DNA from: a virus
Lineage: Duplodnaviria > Heunggongvirae > Uroviricota > Caudoviricetes
Virus record (IMG/VR): IMGVR_UViG_3300031853_000004
Coordinates: 37,319-101,318 of that record
Reading direction: 5' to 3' (one strand)
Length of the DNA: 64,000 nucleotides
The notes under the pieces were generated by a model. The model did no database searches. It saw only the letters and a list, made by a program, of their open reading frames with translations, and was not told the DNA's origin. A program made the position numbers and the translations under genes. This document shows, piece after piece, positions 50,940-64,000 of the stretch. How positions within the stretch are numbered: position 1 is the first letter of the stretch; each line of letters opens with the position of its first letter.

Positions 50940-51914
50940 TTAACTCGTTTTATATTGATAATCTAAAGAAAATCTATCTTTAGCACTTTTTACGACCATA
51001 CAAAAATTAGTTATATCAAAATCGTTTAATTCATAATAACCACTTTGACCGACCCGAATTTCTTCTCCATTTATAGCCATAATAGAGTCGGCGTGAGATC
51101 ATACTCCAATATTGCTAAAAGAAGAAATATCGTTTGTTCCGAAGTTAATATTATTAACCATATTAACTAATCTATAACATTGAACATCAACTTTAGTTGG
51201 ATCAATGTACAAACCTTTATATTGTTGTCCATCTTCGCCTTCATATGATACATCATCGTCATATGAATTTCTATTTAATTCTACTAAAATAGAATTAAAA
51301 GCTTCACCAGAGACTTTGTTAGAAAAAACAAAATCAAAGTAAACTAAATCATCACTTTCATTATCTTTTCAAGTATGATTTAATAGAATGTCATTTCTGT
51401 ATAAAATTTCTATATCATTATCATCTGATTTTTTAATATAGTAATTCCCATCTTTATAATAAACACCATTATTTTGTGTCTCTGACCTGCTGTCTTTTAC
51501 CACAACTGCAATTGGCTCTGCTTCTTTATCAAGCCCTCCGGTCGGATATAATATTACTCTACTAAAACTTAAACTTCCAGATGAGTCTCTTGGAACAACA
51601 AAACGTTTTACTTCTTGATATTGATTTCTATTTACAAAATAAAAATTTTCAGAGTCTAATCCTCTTAATAACTTTAAATCAAAAGTCATATTGAAGGAAA
51701 GATTACGTGGTATACCAAGCCTTAAATAGTATGACTCATTTAATGAAAAAGGATTATTTAAATCTCCATACAATACTATATCTTGATAATTAATAGTGCT
51801 TGATAAACTAGGTGTTACAACCGAATGAGGTGTAAAACTTAAATCATTCATATATTTAGAATAAGGATCTGAATATCTAATTTGACCCATATTGTAAGAA
51901 ACTGTACTCGCCAT
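50940..51914 (-). CDS. late structural protein (324 aa, two TGA)
   Basis: AAAGGAGGT RBS before ATG 51914; TAA 50940. Confidence 0.5.
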
Positions 51915-51926
51915 TGGCACCTCCTT

Positions 51927-54224
51927 TTATAATCTTTCCGCGACTTCATTTAATACTACTGACATATTAGCACCAGGACCAAAAGATAAATTAATATTTT
52001 GAATCATGAAGTCTCCATAGGTATTTGTACTATTACTGCTTAATTCAACTCTACTATTAGGAGCTAAATAAAACACTGGGATAGACGTAATAGAAACTGT
52101 CTTTTGATATCTTGTGTGACAAAAAAGTTCATACCTAATAGCTTCATATGCACTGTTCTTATATCCCCCAATATCAAGATTAGAATATATCTCATTACCA
52201 ACTTGTGTTCACGGTTGAGTATTTAAAATACATTCATGTCTTTGTAAAGCTAATAACTTTGTCTCTTTAGTTAATTTCTCTGGTTGCCCGCCAAAAACTT
52301 CTCTATATTTATTATTGAGTTCACTTTCAGTAAGTAGACCCGCAGTATTTTCTGTCCAATTCTCCTCTGGATTATCTTTATTTAAAAAAATAACATTTGG
52401 AATCTCTGGAATAAAGAGACAATTAACTTTATCATCTACTACAATATCTTGTCTGCGGCCAATCGCTTGTATACTATACTCTCCAAGAGCAGCAGAGTTA
52501 GCATCAATAAAATCTAAGAAATAATTGCCCTCTGTCAAACCATATCTAATAATTTTATCATCTTCTCCAAAGAAATGTTGATTATTAGGATCTAAACAAT
52601 ATTCTAATGGTCAAAAAGCATTAAGTTCTTGATAGTAATAGCCAGCGTCCACACCATTGTTCTCAGCTTCTAATCCTTGTAAATATAGTTCTGTTCTTCA
52701 ATCTCTTGAATAATATTTTATTGGAGAAACTAGTTTAGACTCTTTATCCTCATTTATAAAAACTAGTTTTTTATAAGTAGTCCCATCCCAATAATAAACA
52801 ATATTATTAACATAATATAATTTATCAAAATTACCTACATCTGGTAATTTATTCATATATTGCACAATACCTAGTTTGTTTACTTGCTTAATATCATTTT
52901 CTCTAGTATCTGTGTAATAAACAACATTTTCATGCACACCGTAATATGCACCTTTATTATCTACATCTATAATCTGCGGCTTGTCGTCAATTGCTAAATG
53001 ATATCTAACAGTATATTTTATATCAGAGCTAGTCCCTTGCCGCAATCCTTCTATAATATAATCATTTTTAATATTTTGATATTGCGGAGTTACTGTGATA
53101 GAAGTTACATTAACATCGTCAGTAAAAGAGTACAAGGTTTTTTCATTTGTTACCTCTATTAAATATTGATTTTCAGATTGCTCATCTAACAGAAAATTGC
53201 CCCCACCAAATTTTATTCTTCTTCCGGGGTTCTGCATTTCTTCTTCTATGATTTGTGCTTGAGTAATATTTAAATAATTTTTAATTTCTCTAAAAATAAA
53301 AACACCAAACTCATTAAAAAAATATTCATAATTTCCTAAGATATTTTTTATTTGATCCAATATAGATGTTATTGTATTACCAGCAGCTCCTACTAACTCA
53401 TCTAATACCACAAAATCTTTATATATATAACCGACATCTTCTCCTGTTGTATATTCTTGTCATGAATGATCTCCTGGATGATTATCTGTTGTATATATCC
53501 AATTGTCCGTCTCTGTCTCTGCGCTAATATTTTTTCCATATAAGTTATTTTTTCCTGTCCATTTCATCACTTGACGTATTCTTAAAGGAACATCTTGAAT
53601 GATAATGTTAGCAATATCGATTCCGCCATAATGATTAACCAACTCAAGAATAATATTATAAATTAAAACTTTTTGTTGAGTTCATTCTCCACTTGGTAAC
53701 TGAGTATCCATCATATCAAATCTAACTGAAGCAGGAAGTTTTCCACCTATATCTCCATTTAAAAGACACATTTTATCTTTTAGAGAAATATTTAAATTAA
53801 TTGCAGAAGTACTGGAAGAATTTAAAGAAAAATCTGATATTAAAAATATACCTTGAGGGAATCATAATATCGGTCAATCTAAATATTGATCAGTTTCATT
53901 CTTTACACCAATTTCAATAAAAACTTTTTTATTTAAAGAAAAATCCATATTTAATGAATCAATATTATATTCTTCTGCGCTAACGGTACAAGAAAGACTG
54001 CCAGTAACTCTAACAGGAGAGGCTCCATCTTTTGATAAAGAGCCTCCTGAAATAATACCTTGAACATCTTTTAAAGGATTTTCTTCTCAATCCAATAAAG
54101 TAATTTGTATATATTGCCGTTGATTCACAAAATTATCTAGTTGTTTTAAAAAATTTCTTTTATTTTGTTCCTCATTTAAATTATAAACATATTGTTCTTG
54201 AAGATATGGATATTGTTTTCTCAT
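51927..54224 (-). CDS. large late structural protein (about 765 aa, several TGA)
   Basis: AAGGAG RBS; ORFs 53460..53642, 52698..53411, 52209..52538 in one frame; 51921-52208 translated by hand to TAA 51927. Confidence 0.5.
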
Positions 54225-54334
54225 TTTTTGCTCCTTATCTTCTATTCATATTTAATATTGACAATGTTGCCACGATAATTTACCATGCCATAAACTGGAA
54301 CATCCGCCAATATTAATGTTTTATTTTTTTCATC

Positions 54335-57300
54335 TAAAAAAGTTACGTCATATCAACTTTGATCAATATAATATATTTTATATTTTTTAGAATCTCCATT
54401 TTTAAATCCATATATTGTATTATATTCAGGATTTCTAATATTATCAGTTGATAAGTAACCATCTATTGCTGGAATAACAATATCATCATTAATATCTACA
54501 ATATAGTTGCTGATATCTGTTGTTCCATTAATTACAACCCTTGTATCGGTTTGACCAACAAAAGTTTTATACCAAAGCAAATCTTCAGATTGACCTTCTA
54601 CAGACTCATCTAATGAAAATTCTCATTCTTCCAGGAAAAATCTTTTCTTTTTAGAGTGTAAAGTTTTATCATATCCGTCTAAACCAATAACAGTGTGTGA
54701 ACCATCGTTTACAAGTTCTACTTGAATCCACTCTTTTTCTGAAGTATAAAGCATTAATACAACGTCATTATCTTTATAAACACCATAAATTGTATTAATA
54801 CTTGGATTTACTATCTGATCAATAGAATCATATGGATAACTATCTTCACCAATAAAATTTCTTACGATCTGGTTTCTTTCTGGCGTACTCATTCTATCAT
54901 TAAATACAACTAAAACATCTAAAGCTTCTCCTGAATCAATACTATATCACCCCAATGAGTCAATTGGAGTAGCTTGGTAACCCGCAGTTGATTTATCAAA
55001 GATAAAATTGTCCATTTTTTGATCATTATAATCTTCGTTATCTTTTCTAAACATTCTTCGTCCAAGAAAAACTACATCTTCTATTGGAAAATCAGTCATT
55101 AAATTATATACACCAGTTCGACCAACTAAATATTGACTATATTGTTCTTCATTTTCAAATAAAATTCCTAACATAGTATAAGAAGTTCCATCAAAACCAA
55201 AAGCAGTAATTTTATCAAGATATTGTTTCTCCAATAGACCGTTAAAACCTTTTTTCTCTGTTGTCGTTCTATAATATTCATATTTATTTTTAATTTCATC
55301 TGCGATTGTCTGTCCTTTTATTCACTTACCAGACAATTGACCAACAATTTTTTGAGCAATTTCTGATGCGCTTGGAACAGAACTTTCATCATACTGTCTC
55401 TTATAATTTAATTTAAAATCTAAAGTAGCTACAGCATTATCGTATAAAATTACATCAGTAATTTCTAAATTACTTGGTACTTGATAATACCCTTTTTCTT
55501 CTACAAAAATTATTACTTCATTTTCTAATTTTTTAGATTCAACGTAAATTTTTAAACCAACTTTATAACCATAAATTAAATTATTTACATTAGATGTACT
55601 AGTCATTAATTCTTTAGAACTTACATCATATCATTGAGGAGTTGATGTAAATTGTATATGTAAATCCTTTAATCTGTATGTTCCTGCAATTACTTTATAA
55701 TTACTATATGCACCCTGATAAAATAAACCATTATAGTAATTATCTAAAGTATATGACTCTACACTTGGCTTTTCAATTAAATCTACATTATCAAAAATTA
55801 ACGCATCATTAGTTCCTGATTTCTTATATATTTGAGAAATAACTTTTTCTTCAATTGCTCCTTCAGAATCATCTCCGCTTTCTTCTTCAGAAGATGATCC
55901 AGAGCCTGCATTAATATATTCACTATACTCATCTGGAATATCTATAATTCCAAGAGAAGAAAGAACATCTAAAGAATATCCATCTCCAACTTCATAAGCT
56001 GTCATTGATATATTATAAGTGCGGCGCCCTATTTGTGCGTTTGGAGTTAATGATATATCAGTTAACATAACAACTAAATTTCCTTCTGACATTGAACGTA
56101 GAAGTTTTGGTTCTCCATCATTTAATCAACTTAAAGCTTCTTCTCTAAATAGTCTTTCAAACCATCAATTATCTTTAGGAGCTAAGTCATGTCGAGTTGT
56201 TAATAAATGTTCAGTTGCTTCTTGAGTATATTCATTTGTCGCTATATCATGATTGTATGTAAAAACATTATCTGCAATAGTATCATTTCTAACTTCATAC
56301 TTACCATCCATGAATCTGTCATAGTCATTCATTTCAGAAGCAAAATCTCTATCATTCAAAAACTTTCTATTAAAGTCAGATTCAGATGTTATTAAACCAG
56401 ATATTGTAAATTTTTTATAATTCATTTGAGCATTCTCTGCAAATTTAGGATACTTACTTCCTAAAGTATTAATTACTTGTCTATTAACAACTGCGGAATA
56501 GCTAGTTATTTGAGTATTATATCTTAAAGCTATTTGTTTACCTTGTCTGTAGATTAACATATCATAAAAATCTGGATAAACAATTTGACTAATATAGGTT
56601 TTTGTCCAAGCATTATTTTTCTTTAATCTATATTGACAAGCATATTTATACGTAGTTAAACTTCCAACGGTTGGATCAATAATTGTTTCATTTACTTGTC
56701 CAATATTTTCAGTACAGCTAATCAACTCTCAATTTTTATAATTATCTAAACTAGTTGCTCTCTTTACATAAAGGAAACCTTGCGGAAGTTCTTGTGTAGT
56801 TGTAATAGTAAACTCAACCATACCATCTTCTTCTGTCACAATTTTATTCTCAACAGACTCATATTTATCTAATGCTATTTTCTTAAATTCAAAAGTAGGA
56901 GTAAAAGATAGCGCATCAAAATTTGCAGTTTTTAGTTGATAATTTTTGCTAAAATAGAATTGATTTTTTGTAATAACTTCTATTTTAACTGTAAAAAGTT
57001 TATCAGGGTCTGCATTTGTTATATCCGCAAGTCAATAAATTCTATTAGGATCAGTATTGTTTGTTGTATATACTCAATCATCAGTTTCATCAATTATTTC
57101 GTTATTGTCGTCTGAAATAATCGTTATACGATATCTTTGCAGAGTTTCCGCGTTTTTAGTAGATAAAATTTCTTTATAAGAAAATATGACACTTCCTACT
57201 ATTGGAACGATACCAGGCTGTACTGTTCTAACTTTAGATATCACATTTCCGCTTTGGATATTATCAAATTCATCATCAAAATCTACCATTCCAATTTGTA

Positions 57301-57784
57301 TATTTGGAATAGCTTTTATTAAACAAACACTTGACCATTCAGAAAAATATTGTCTATTTTCTTGTAAATATGTTGTAGATGTAGGAGTAGTTGTAGAGCT
57401 ATCTAATCTAATTTGTACTTTGTAATAACTATCTACCACAAAACCATCTTTATCTCCCTTGAGAAGTTCTCTTGGAATATCAATAGTACAAACATTATTA
57501 ACGGCATCTACTGTTAAAACACTTGTACCGTTTATATTAAAAGGAATGATTCAAATGTTATCAAGTAAAATTTGATCAACACTAGCAGGTAAAGCTTTTG
57601 AATTATTTTCAAAAGCACTTTGGTTAGTTCTTTGATTAACTAAAGACACATGTATTTTTTTAATATCTCCTAAACTATTATAAGGAGAAAAAGAAAAGGA
57701 AACGGGAGCCGGCCCTTCATATTGAAAAGCCGACATGAAAGTATCAATTAAAGGAGGATATAGTGTACTTACTATAGTAGCCAT
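54335..57784 (-). CDS. giant late structural protein (about 1149 aa, at least 9 TGA)
   Basis: GGAGG RBS; eight ORF fragments in one frame; three gaps translated by hand contain only TGA; TAG stop at 54335. Confidence 0.5.
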
Positions 57785-57794
57785 ATTATACCTC

Positions 57795-58031
57795 CTATTC
57801 TGATTCTACTGTTGTATCATATCAAATTTTTATTCTTTCATCTTGCGGTTCCGCATTTGAATACTTTACAAATGTGCCATTATTAAAAAATCTTTTTAGA
57901 TATTCATATAGATCTTTAAGTGTAAAACGTTTTGTTCCATTATTGTAATCATAAGTAACATTTTCAAAAGTTGCACCTATGTCATATTTATCGGTACTAC
58001 CGTTCTGCTGTATTTGTGTTATCCTGCTCAT
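57795..58031 (-). CDS. small late protein (78 aa, one TGA)
   Basis: GGAGG RBS; continues through TGA 57822 to TAG 57795. Confidence 0.45.
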
Positions 58032-58242
58032 CTGGTACCTCCTCTACATCTTCTTGTTGATTGGAAGATGCCATCTGAGCCGCAATTAAATACTCTTGAA
58101 TAACTAATTCTTTAATATTAAGCAGCGCTTTTGACAAAGCATCATCCATCATCGCAGGTGATACATTGTATTCTTGCATGAAAGAGTCAATCCATTGCTG
58201 GACAGCTCCTTGTAACTCTAAACGTGTTTGTAATGTATTCAT
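57997..58242 (-). CDS. small acidic helical protein (81 aa)
   Basis: AAAGGAG RBS; TAG stop. Confidence 0.5.
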   Translation of the reverse strand: MNTLQTRLELQGAVQQWIDSFMQEYNVSPAMMDDALSKALLNIKELVIQEYLIAAQMASSNQQEDVEEVPDEQDNTNTAER

Positions 58243-58262
58243 TTTTAATCTCCTTTTCTCTC

Positions 58263-61200
58263 TTAACTTGCAGAAAAAGTAACTGATTTATCAACACCAG
58301 TAACCTTTCCTTCTGAATTATAAACAACATTTCTTACATAACCACCATCTGGATTATTAATAGTATAATTAACATCTTTCTTTAGATAATTGTCTAAATC
58401 ACTTGATTTAGCATAGTCATTTAATTCACTCTCTGTTACATAATTTGATAAAGCACTATTAATAGCACTAGAAACTTCTCCAGATATTGCATTTCATATT
58501 TCTCAAGATGTAGGCATGTTTACTGTTAAAGTTCTTGTTCCAAAAAATGGTCTACCATTAGTTAAATCTATTAATGGTACAGTTATTCAATCGCTGCCGC
58601 CAACACCTTCTACTATAACATCTCCACCTGAGATTCCAGTACCACCAGCAGTATTAGAAATATTAGAGCCATCACCACTAAAGGTAGCTGCATTAATATT
58701 ATTATCACATGTAATATTATTATCTACTTTTAAACCATAATCATTGCCTAAAAAATTACCATTAATCTTTAACCCCATTGCAATTTCTTGATTCATACCG
58801 GTGTATCATTTAGCAATGCTATTGCTTGGTTCAAATTCTACTCAAACATTACCAGCATTTCCAAGAGCTAAATCAAATGGGTGACTTGAGCCTCCGCTAT
58901 AGTGCGGACGTAGTTTCAACGAAACACTTTTATTTGCTGTATCGTTTGATATTAAAATAATGCCATAATCACCAGCATCATTATTTCCTTTTCCTGTTAA
59001 TGTTAGTCTTTTATTTGATGTAACACTAATAGCTGCATCAGACTTTAATTGAGTAGTTTGTCCAGTATTATTCGTAATAGCTAACATATTATTGTTATTA
59101 TTTCCAGTTCTTAAGTACGTTCATTCTGTTTGAAGTTCAACATTACTACCATTCTGTCTAGTTAACTTAATATTATTATTTCCTGTTGTATTAATATTAA
59201 TAGCACCTACTGAATTAATAGTATAAGTTCCCCCAGAATTTATTCCTATTGCTCCTGAAGCGCTGAAAGTTTGAGCGGCACTAGACAATGTGAAATTTTT
59301 CCTAGCACTTGATAAACCTGAATTAATAGTAAATGCTTCAAATGTTGTAATAGAACTAGCTGTACTTCTATTAAAATCTATATTTGTATTCCCTACTTTT
59401 CCAGAAAAATTATTCTCACTAATTTTTATATAAGAATCAGAAGTTTTTGCATGAGAATTATTATTATCTGCATATAAATCAATACTTTTTCCGTGTATAC
59501 TAATCGGCCTTACATAATCACTATTATTATTATACCCCGCTGTGATATACAATTGCCCAGAAGTATTATTATCTGTATTATCTATAAAAGCTTTAAAGAA
59601 AGATGTACCAATTTGGTCAATTCCTCTACCTTTTGAAACTGACAAATTTAAACCAACATAAGTTGGATTAGGACTTCCAAAAGCTTTAAGTAAATTAACT
59701 CCCATAGTTGTAGTTGTTGGATTAGTAGAAGAAGATGGAGCAGACTGTACCTTATTTGCAACTAATTCTCCTTGATTATTAATACCACTAAGAAGGACTC
59801 TTGTTCAATTATTATTTTCTTTATAATGTCTATAAATTCCAAATGCTCTATAATTTTGTGGGTCTAATTGTACACCAATAGAATCGCCTTCTTTAATTTG
59901 ACTAACACTGGCATCTCCCCCACTTAAATCATCGTCGGTAATAGTTCTACTTTTTACATATATATAAGGTTTGTCGGCAGAAAGTAAAATTCCTCGACTA
60001 CCGCCAGCTATATCCTTTGTATGGTCTGTCCCATCCACGGAATATGCATTTCCTAAAGTATTTTCAACTTGATCATTATCATTATTAATAGAATAAAACA
60101 ATGAACGTCTTCCTAATCTTCATCCACCAATGATACTAACATCGCCTGGGCGTAATTGAATTTCGCCTTCATTATAATTGTCAATCTCGACTCATTTACC
60201 ATTAATAAATTTTCTAACCTTTTTTTCATCAGTATTTAAAGAAGGATAACCGAAAGTAGCATCTCCTGTCTCAGCGTCAATAAAGAATGAACGCATACCA
60301 TTTTTATATCCTAATAATCCAGTATATAGATGCTCTTCTCCAGAGCTGTAATCATCAGCTTGCCCCATTACAACACCAGTAAAAAGATTTGTAGAAGTAT
60401 CTTTATAGCCAGCCCCAATTTGCGGAGCCATGATATAACCTTCATCTTCATCAATAGTAATAGAATTTCCATCTCAAGCATTTAAAGACGCCAAACCAAA
60501 AGTATTTAAAGACATACTAATTGGAGCACATACTGTTGCAAATAAAGTATTATTTGAATAAATAATAGCTTCAATATAATTATTAGTTACACTGCCATTA
60601 AATTCATCATTTGGCAAAACAAATACTTTTGTTTGAGTAGAATTTGAAATAGTTGTTTTAGGACTACCATTTTTTTCCAATAGAAGCGAAAAATTAGGTT
60701 TCGTTTCATTCGTAACATATCCACCTTTAGCTCTTCAATCAATTCTATAATTCTTTGGAAGATTAATTAATTCTAATCCTTGATTATGATTATACAAAGG
60801 ATCGCGGCCGTCCGCATTATAAATAATCTCTTTAAGATATGTATTATTTTTAATTGCTATTCTATTGGAATCAAAGCGTGGAACAGCACTATTATATCTA
60901 ATATACGGCAAATTAAAGAAAGCATAATATGATTTAGATTCATATTTCAATTCTGCTTTTAAGATATTTTGTCGATATTGTTTTGCTCCTGTTGTTCAAA
61001 TTAAATTGTTATCAATTATTTGAATATTATGTCCATATTTATTAGATGCTGTGCTAGTATTTCCTGCTATATTTCATCTAATGCTATCAGGATTTACCTC
61101 TTGATTTTTTTGATAAAGTTTAGGAATTACAATTCCATTATTATCAGTTAAATTAAAAGGAATATCTTTGGCAACGTTAGAGCCTGTAAATAAAATTTTG

Positions 61201-63770
61201 TTATCAGTACCATAATATAATGTTAATGGTTGCTCCGCATAAATAGTATTTTCTACTCTTGGAATAATTTTAGCAACCACATCTGTACCATTAGTTCCGT
61301 TGTTTCCAACTTTAGTAAAAGTTAAATTAGTATTTGCATACCGAGTAGTATCATTAAAATCAACCTGACACCTTATTTGATTGTCTATAGAATTATAATC
61401 ATATAAAGATTTTATGTCAAATACTAATTCATTTCCTTCATACATATTTGCAATACTTGTTGCAGGATCAATTTTAGCATTGCTATATTGTAATAAAGTA
61501 TCTGATGTAGGAAGGTATCATTTTACTCTATAACTGGTATTTTGAATTTCTATATTATTTGGTGCAAATAAATGTACCCTCAATGGCAAAATTTCTTGCG
61601 GATCTTTATACTTGGCTGCATTAGGTGCATTACCATATTCATCATATTGAAATACTTGATCGCCATTCTCTATAAAAATTCTAAAATCACTAGGACTTAA
61701 AGATTTAAAGTTCTCTAGTGTTATAGATGTTTTTCCAATAGAAGAGAAACTATCAGTCTCTTTCTTTCTGTATTCTATATAACATTCAAAAGTAACATTC
61801 GCGGCAGTTCCTATATTGGACATTGGATATTTTATTCGTGTTGCTTTACTTTTATTACTGGCTGACGTTATATCTCTATCACCGCAATATCATTTAATAT
61901 TTTTTAATAATTTACTTGAATTAGTATAATTATTATATGTACTTATACTAATATTAGTTAAATCTAATTTATTAATTTCATCTAAAAATACTTTTTGATT
62001 ATTACCATCAATTAAAGCTCATTTAAAGTTATAAAGGGGACTATCAATTATTTCAACTAATTCTTCATCCTCTTCTTTGTATATTGTTAAAGTTGGTATA
62101 CCCGCATCAAAAGTAAAATTAGTACCTAAATCCGACTCTAATGTAAATACCTGTCCGCCATTATTATATACAATAAAATCGTATCTTAAAATAATTGGTG
62201 TTTCTTCCCCTAAGTAAACCACTGTACACCTGTAGTGATTTTCATAACAGAGATTATCTTTTGCAGTTAAAGTTAATTGATAAGAATAATTATTTTGTAT
62301 TTCTTTTCAACCAATTCCACCATATATATTATAATTTGCATTCGCGGGAGATGTAACGGAGTCGCTCTGCTTAAATCAATATATCTTAGTTTTTGAATTT
62401 TTAGTCAAATCTTCATAATATTGTTTTAAGAAAGTAGCTTCCGCAATAATTTCTTGATCATCGTCTTCACTATCAAAAATCATTCCAGTGTCAGTTGCTT
62501 CAACCTTTAATTGATATCCTGAGCTAATTTCTGAGATAGGCTTCATTAAATACATTTGAACATTTCTTACTCAAATATCTGGATCACCTTCACGTCAAGT
62601 TGATTCCTTAACGCTATCTTCTATAAAGCCTTCTTTATAAAATAATATACTATCTATTCTTAAAAGATTTTCTAAATCAATTTCAAAAACTCCATATTGA
62701 CTCATCCAAGAGGAAAAAGAAAAAGGATTGCCAATCATATCATTTGAACTTAAATAATATGATACATTCTTTTCTGCGGGTTCTCCTATCTGAACGTTTC
62801 TTCACTCTAATCTAGAGTCTAGCATATTTTGCGTTGTAGAGGCAGTCCGCATATTATTAATCATCGTTATATATTTTGAAATTAAATCTTCAACTTCGGC
62901 AGTATATTCAACTTTTTTATTATTCTTAAAGACTCTTTCCAGCTCTTGGATTTGACTAATTAATTCATCAAATTTTCCATCCGATTTAATTAAATTTCCC
63001 ACGGAATTATTCTTTATAATTGATATTAATTGCTCATCACAAGTTTTTAAACTTGTAGAATTTGCTGCTATTTTTTCTTTATAATAGTCAAATATAGCCC
63101 CTTGAGTATCACCAATTCCAGAAGCTAAATTTTTAAAAACTAAATTAAAAACTAATCCATACTCACCAGTTGCTCTATTCTGTTGTTCTGTGGTTAATTG
63201 AGTCATAAAATCTGCTCTGAACATCACTGCTTGAGCATCTTTTTTGTACAAAGATAATTCACCCAGCGCAGGAGTAAGTTCTGATTCAGTATCTCCGCCA
63301 TATAAAAAATTATATCTATGATCAATTTTATTAATTTTATTTCCATTAATACTTTCTTCTGTCGGACTGTGATATGAATACAAACCAACTTTTTGTGCAT
63401 TGTTTTCTAAAATATTTTTTCCTATAATACCATAGTTATTAGATAAAGCTGAAACAACAGAAATCTGTTCATTGGTTGCTAACTTACTGGCTTGACCTAA
63501 GATAAATTTTTCTTTAGAAAAATCTCCTTGCGGGACTTGTACATATACAGCCATTCTTGGTAAATATGCGTCGTTTTCATTCTGAGCTGTGGCATTAAAA
63601 AAGCCACCTTCATATTCCACTTTATAGATGTTCCTTTTATTGGCAACACCAACTTTGGAATTAATAATAGCTACAATTGTTTTATCTAATTGTAACTGAT
63701 CGATGCGCCGTTGCGCTATTGTGTCTATAGCTTCTAAAATGCTATTCCTTATATCATCGGTTTTGCTCAT
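58263..63770 (-). CDS. giant late protein (about 1835 aa, 15 or more TGA) with beta-helix-like Ser/Thr/Asn/Gly-rich C-terminal region; tail-fibre/host-adhesin candidate
   Basis: AAGGAGG RBS; eleven ORF fragments in one frame; the 579-nt and final gaps translated by hand with no TAA/TAG until 58263. Confidence 0.5.
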
Positions 63771-63791
63771 CGACGCCTCCTTATCTTTAAA

Positions 63792-63826
63792 TAAAAAAAC
63801 GGGAAGAGTAGATTATACTCTTCCCG
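63792..63826 (-). terminator. strong hairpin + T-run (GGGAAGAGTA-loop-TACTCTTCCC) between a promoter and the giant gene
   Basis: 10-bp stem; minus strand reads the hairpin then TTTTTTTATTT. Confidence 0.5.
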
Positions 63827-63882
63827 CAAATAAAATCCTTTTATAATCTCACTCTTTAATAATTGAAAATTAAAGTATACAG

Positions 63883-63900
63883 ATTATAGAATTTTGCCCT
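63883..63900 (-). promoter_or_regulatory. GGGCAA-N5-TATAAT motif promoter (minus strand)
   Basis: Minus strand reads TAGGGCAAAATTCTATAAT. Confidence 0.4.
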
Positions 63901-63911
63901 AAAATTTTTAT

Positions 63912-64000
63912 CTAGTTCTATAACTATATTGATAAGCAGAATCAGCAATATTGAGCAGGGCTTGCTCAATTTCGCCAGAACTTTGAACATTGGGGAATTC
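63912..64000 (-). CDS. 3' end of an upstream late gene (...YQYSYRTR*) truncated by the window
   Basis: Open frame to TAG at about 63912. Confidence 0.3.

Noticed and set aside
38137-58740. Plus-strand ORFs inside the late region (38137, 39023, 39235, 41809, 42050, 43948, 44677, 44834, 45628, 46721, 52315, 56019, 56207, 57186, 58516)
   Set aside because: All antisense to long RBS-supported minus genes; low-complexity translations; no RBS.
35296-63770. TGA as glycine (code 25) or TAG as the recoded stop
   Set aside because: Paralogue alignments put TGA opposite TGG-Trp. TAG and TAA both occur as genuine gene ends immediately followed by RBS and start.

Overview
This window looks like a phage genome segment (about 30% GC). 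Bases 1–2,200 carry a minus-strand block (zinc-ribbon protein, two paralogous small genes, a radical-SAM enzyme). Bases 2,300–32,460 carry a plus-strand early/replication block driven by TTGACA-N17-TATAAT promoters: type IIA topoisomerase B and A subunits, ATP-dependent DNA ligase, DnaB-like helicase, DnaG-like primase, RecJ-like DHH exonuclease, DnaE-type Pol III alpha, NrdH/NrdD/NrdG-like anaerobic RNR, dUTPase, SNase-like nuclease, metallophosphoesterase, HNH and PD-(D/E)xK-like homing-type nucleases, an SPFH protein and one tRNA-Ser. A tyrosine-recombinase module sits at 32.5–35.3 kb. A long minus-strand late (tail/fibre/lysis-like) block fills 35.3–64 kb. Three observations stand out. (1) In-frame TGA is pervasive in the late genes and rare in replication genes. 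A paralogous zinc-module alignment places TGA at a Trp position, so I read it as TGA=Trp (code-4-like, stage-biased recoding). Under that reading the late strand resolves into very large genes (about 1835, 1149, 766, 757, 773 aa) that the six-frame track shows only as fragments. (2) A 9–10 bp motif (T)ATTCGGTGG occurs six times. Each copy sits exactly at the 5' end of a short ORF segment that is open in the same reading frame (x-Ser-Val). Two copies are on the plus strand left of the recombinase gene, three are inverted on its right, and one sits just after the stop codon of a tail-fibre gene. I interpret this as a candidate shufflon-like cassette/inversion system for fibre-tip variation. (3) A recurrent TAGGGCAAAAT-N4/5-TATAAT motif marks a probable phage-specific promoter class. 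Other points are an apparent +1 frame break at the N-terminus of DnaE, terminator hairpins that embed the next promoter's -35 box, GC-rich islands, and several tandem paralogue families. All protein calls rest on motifs I could read by eye; no database searches were possible.
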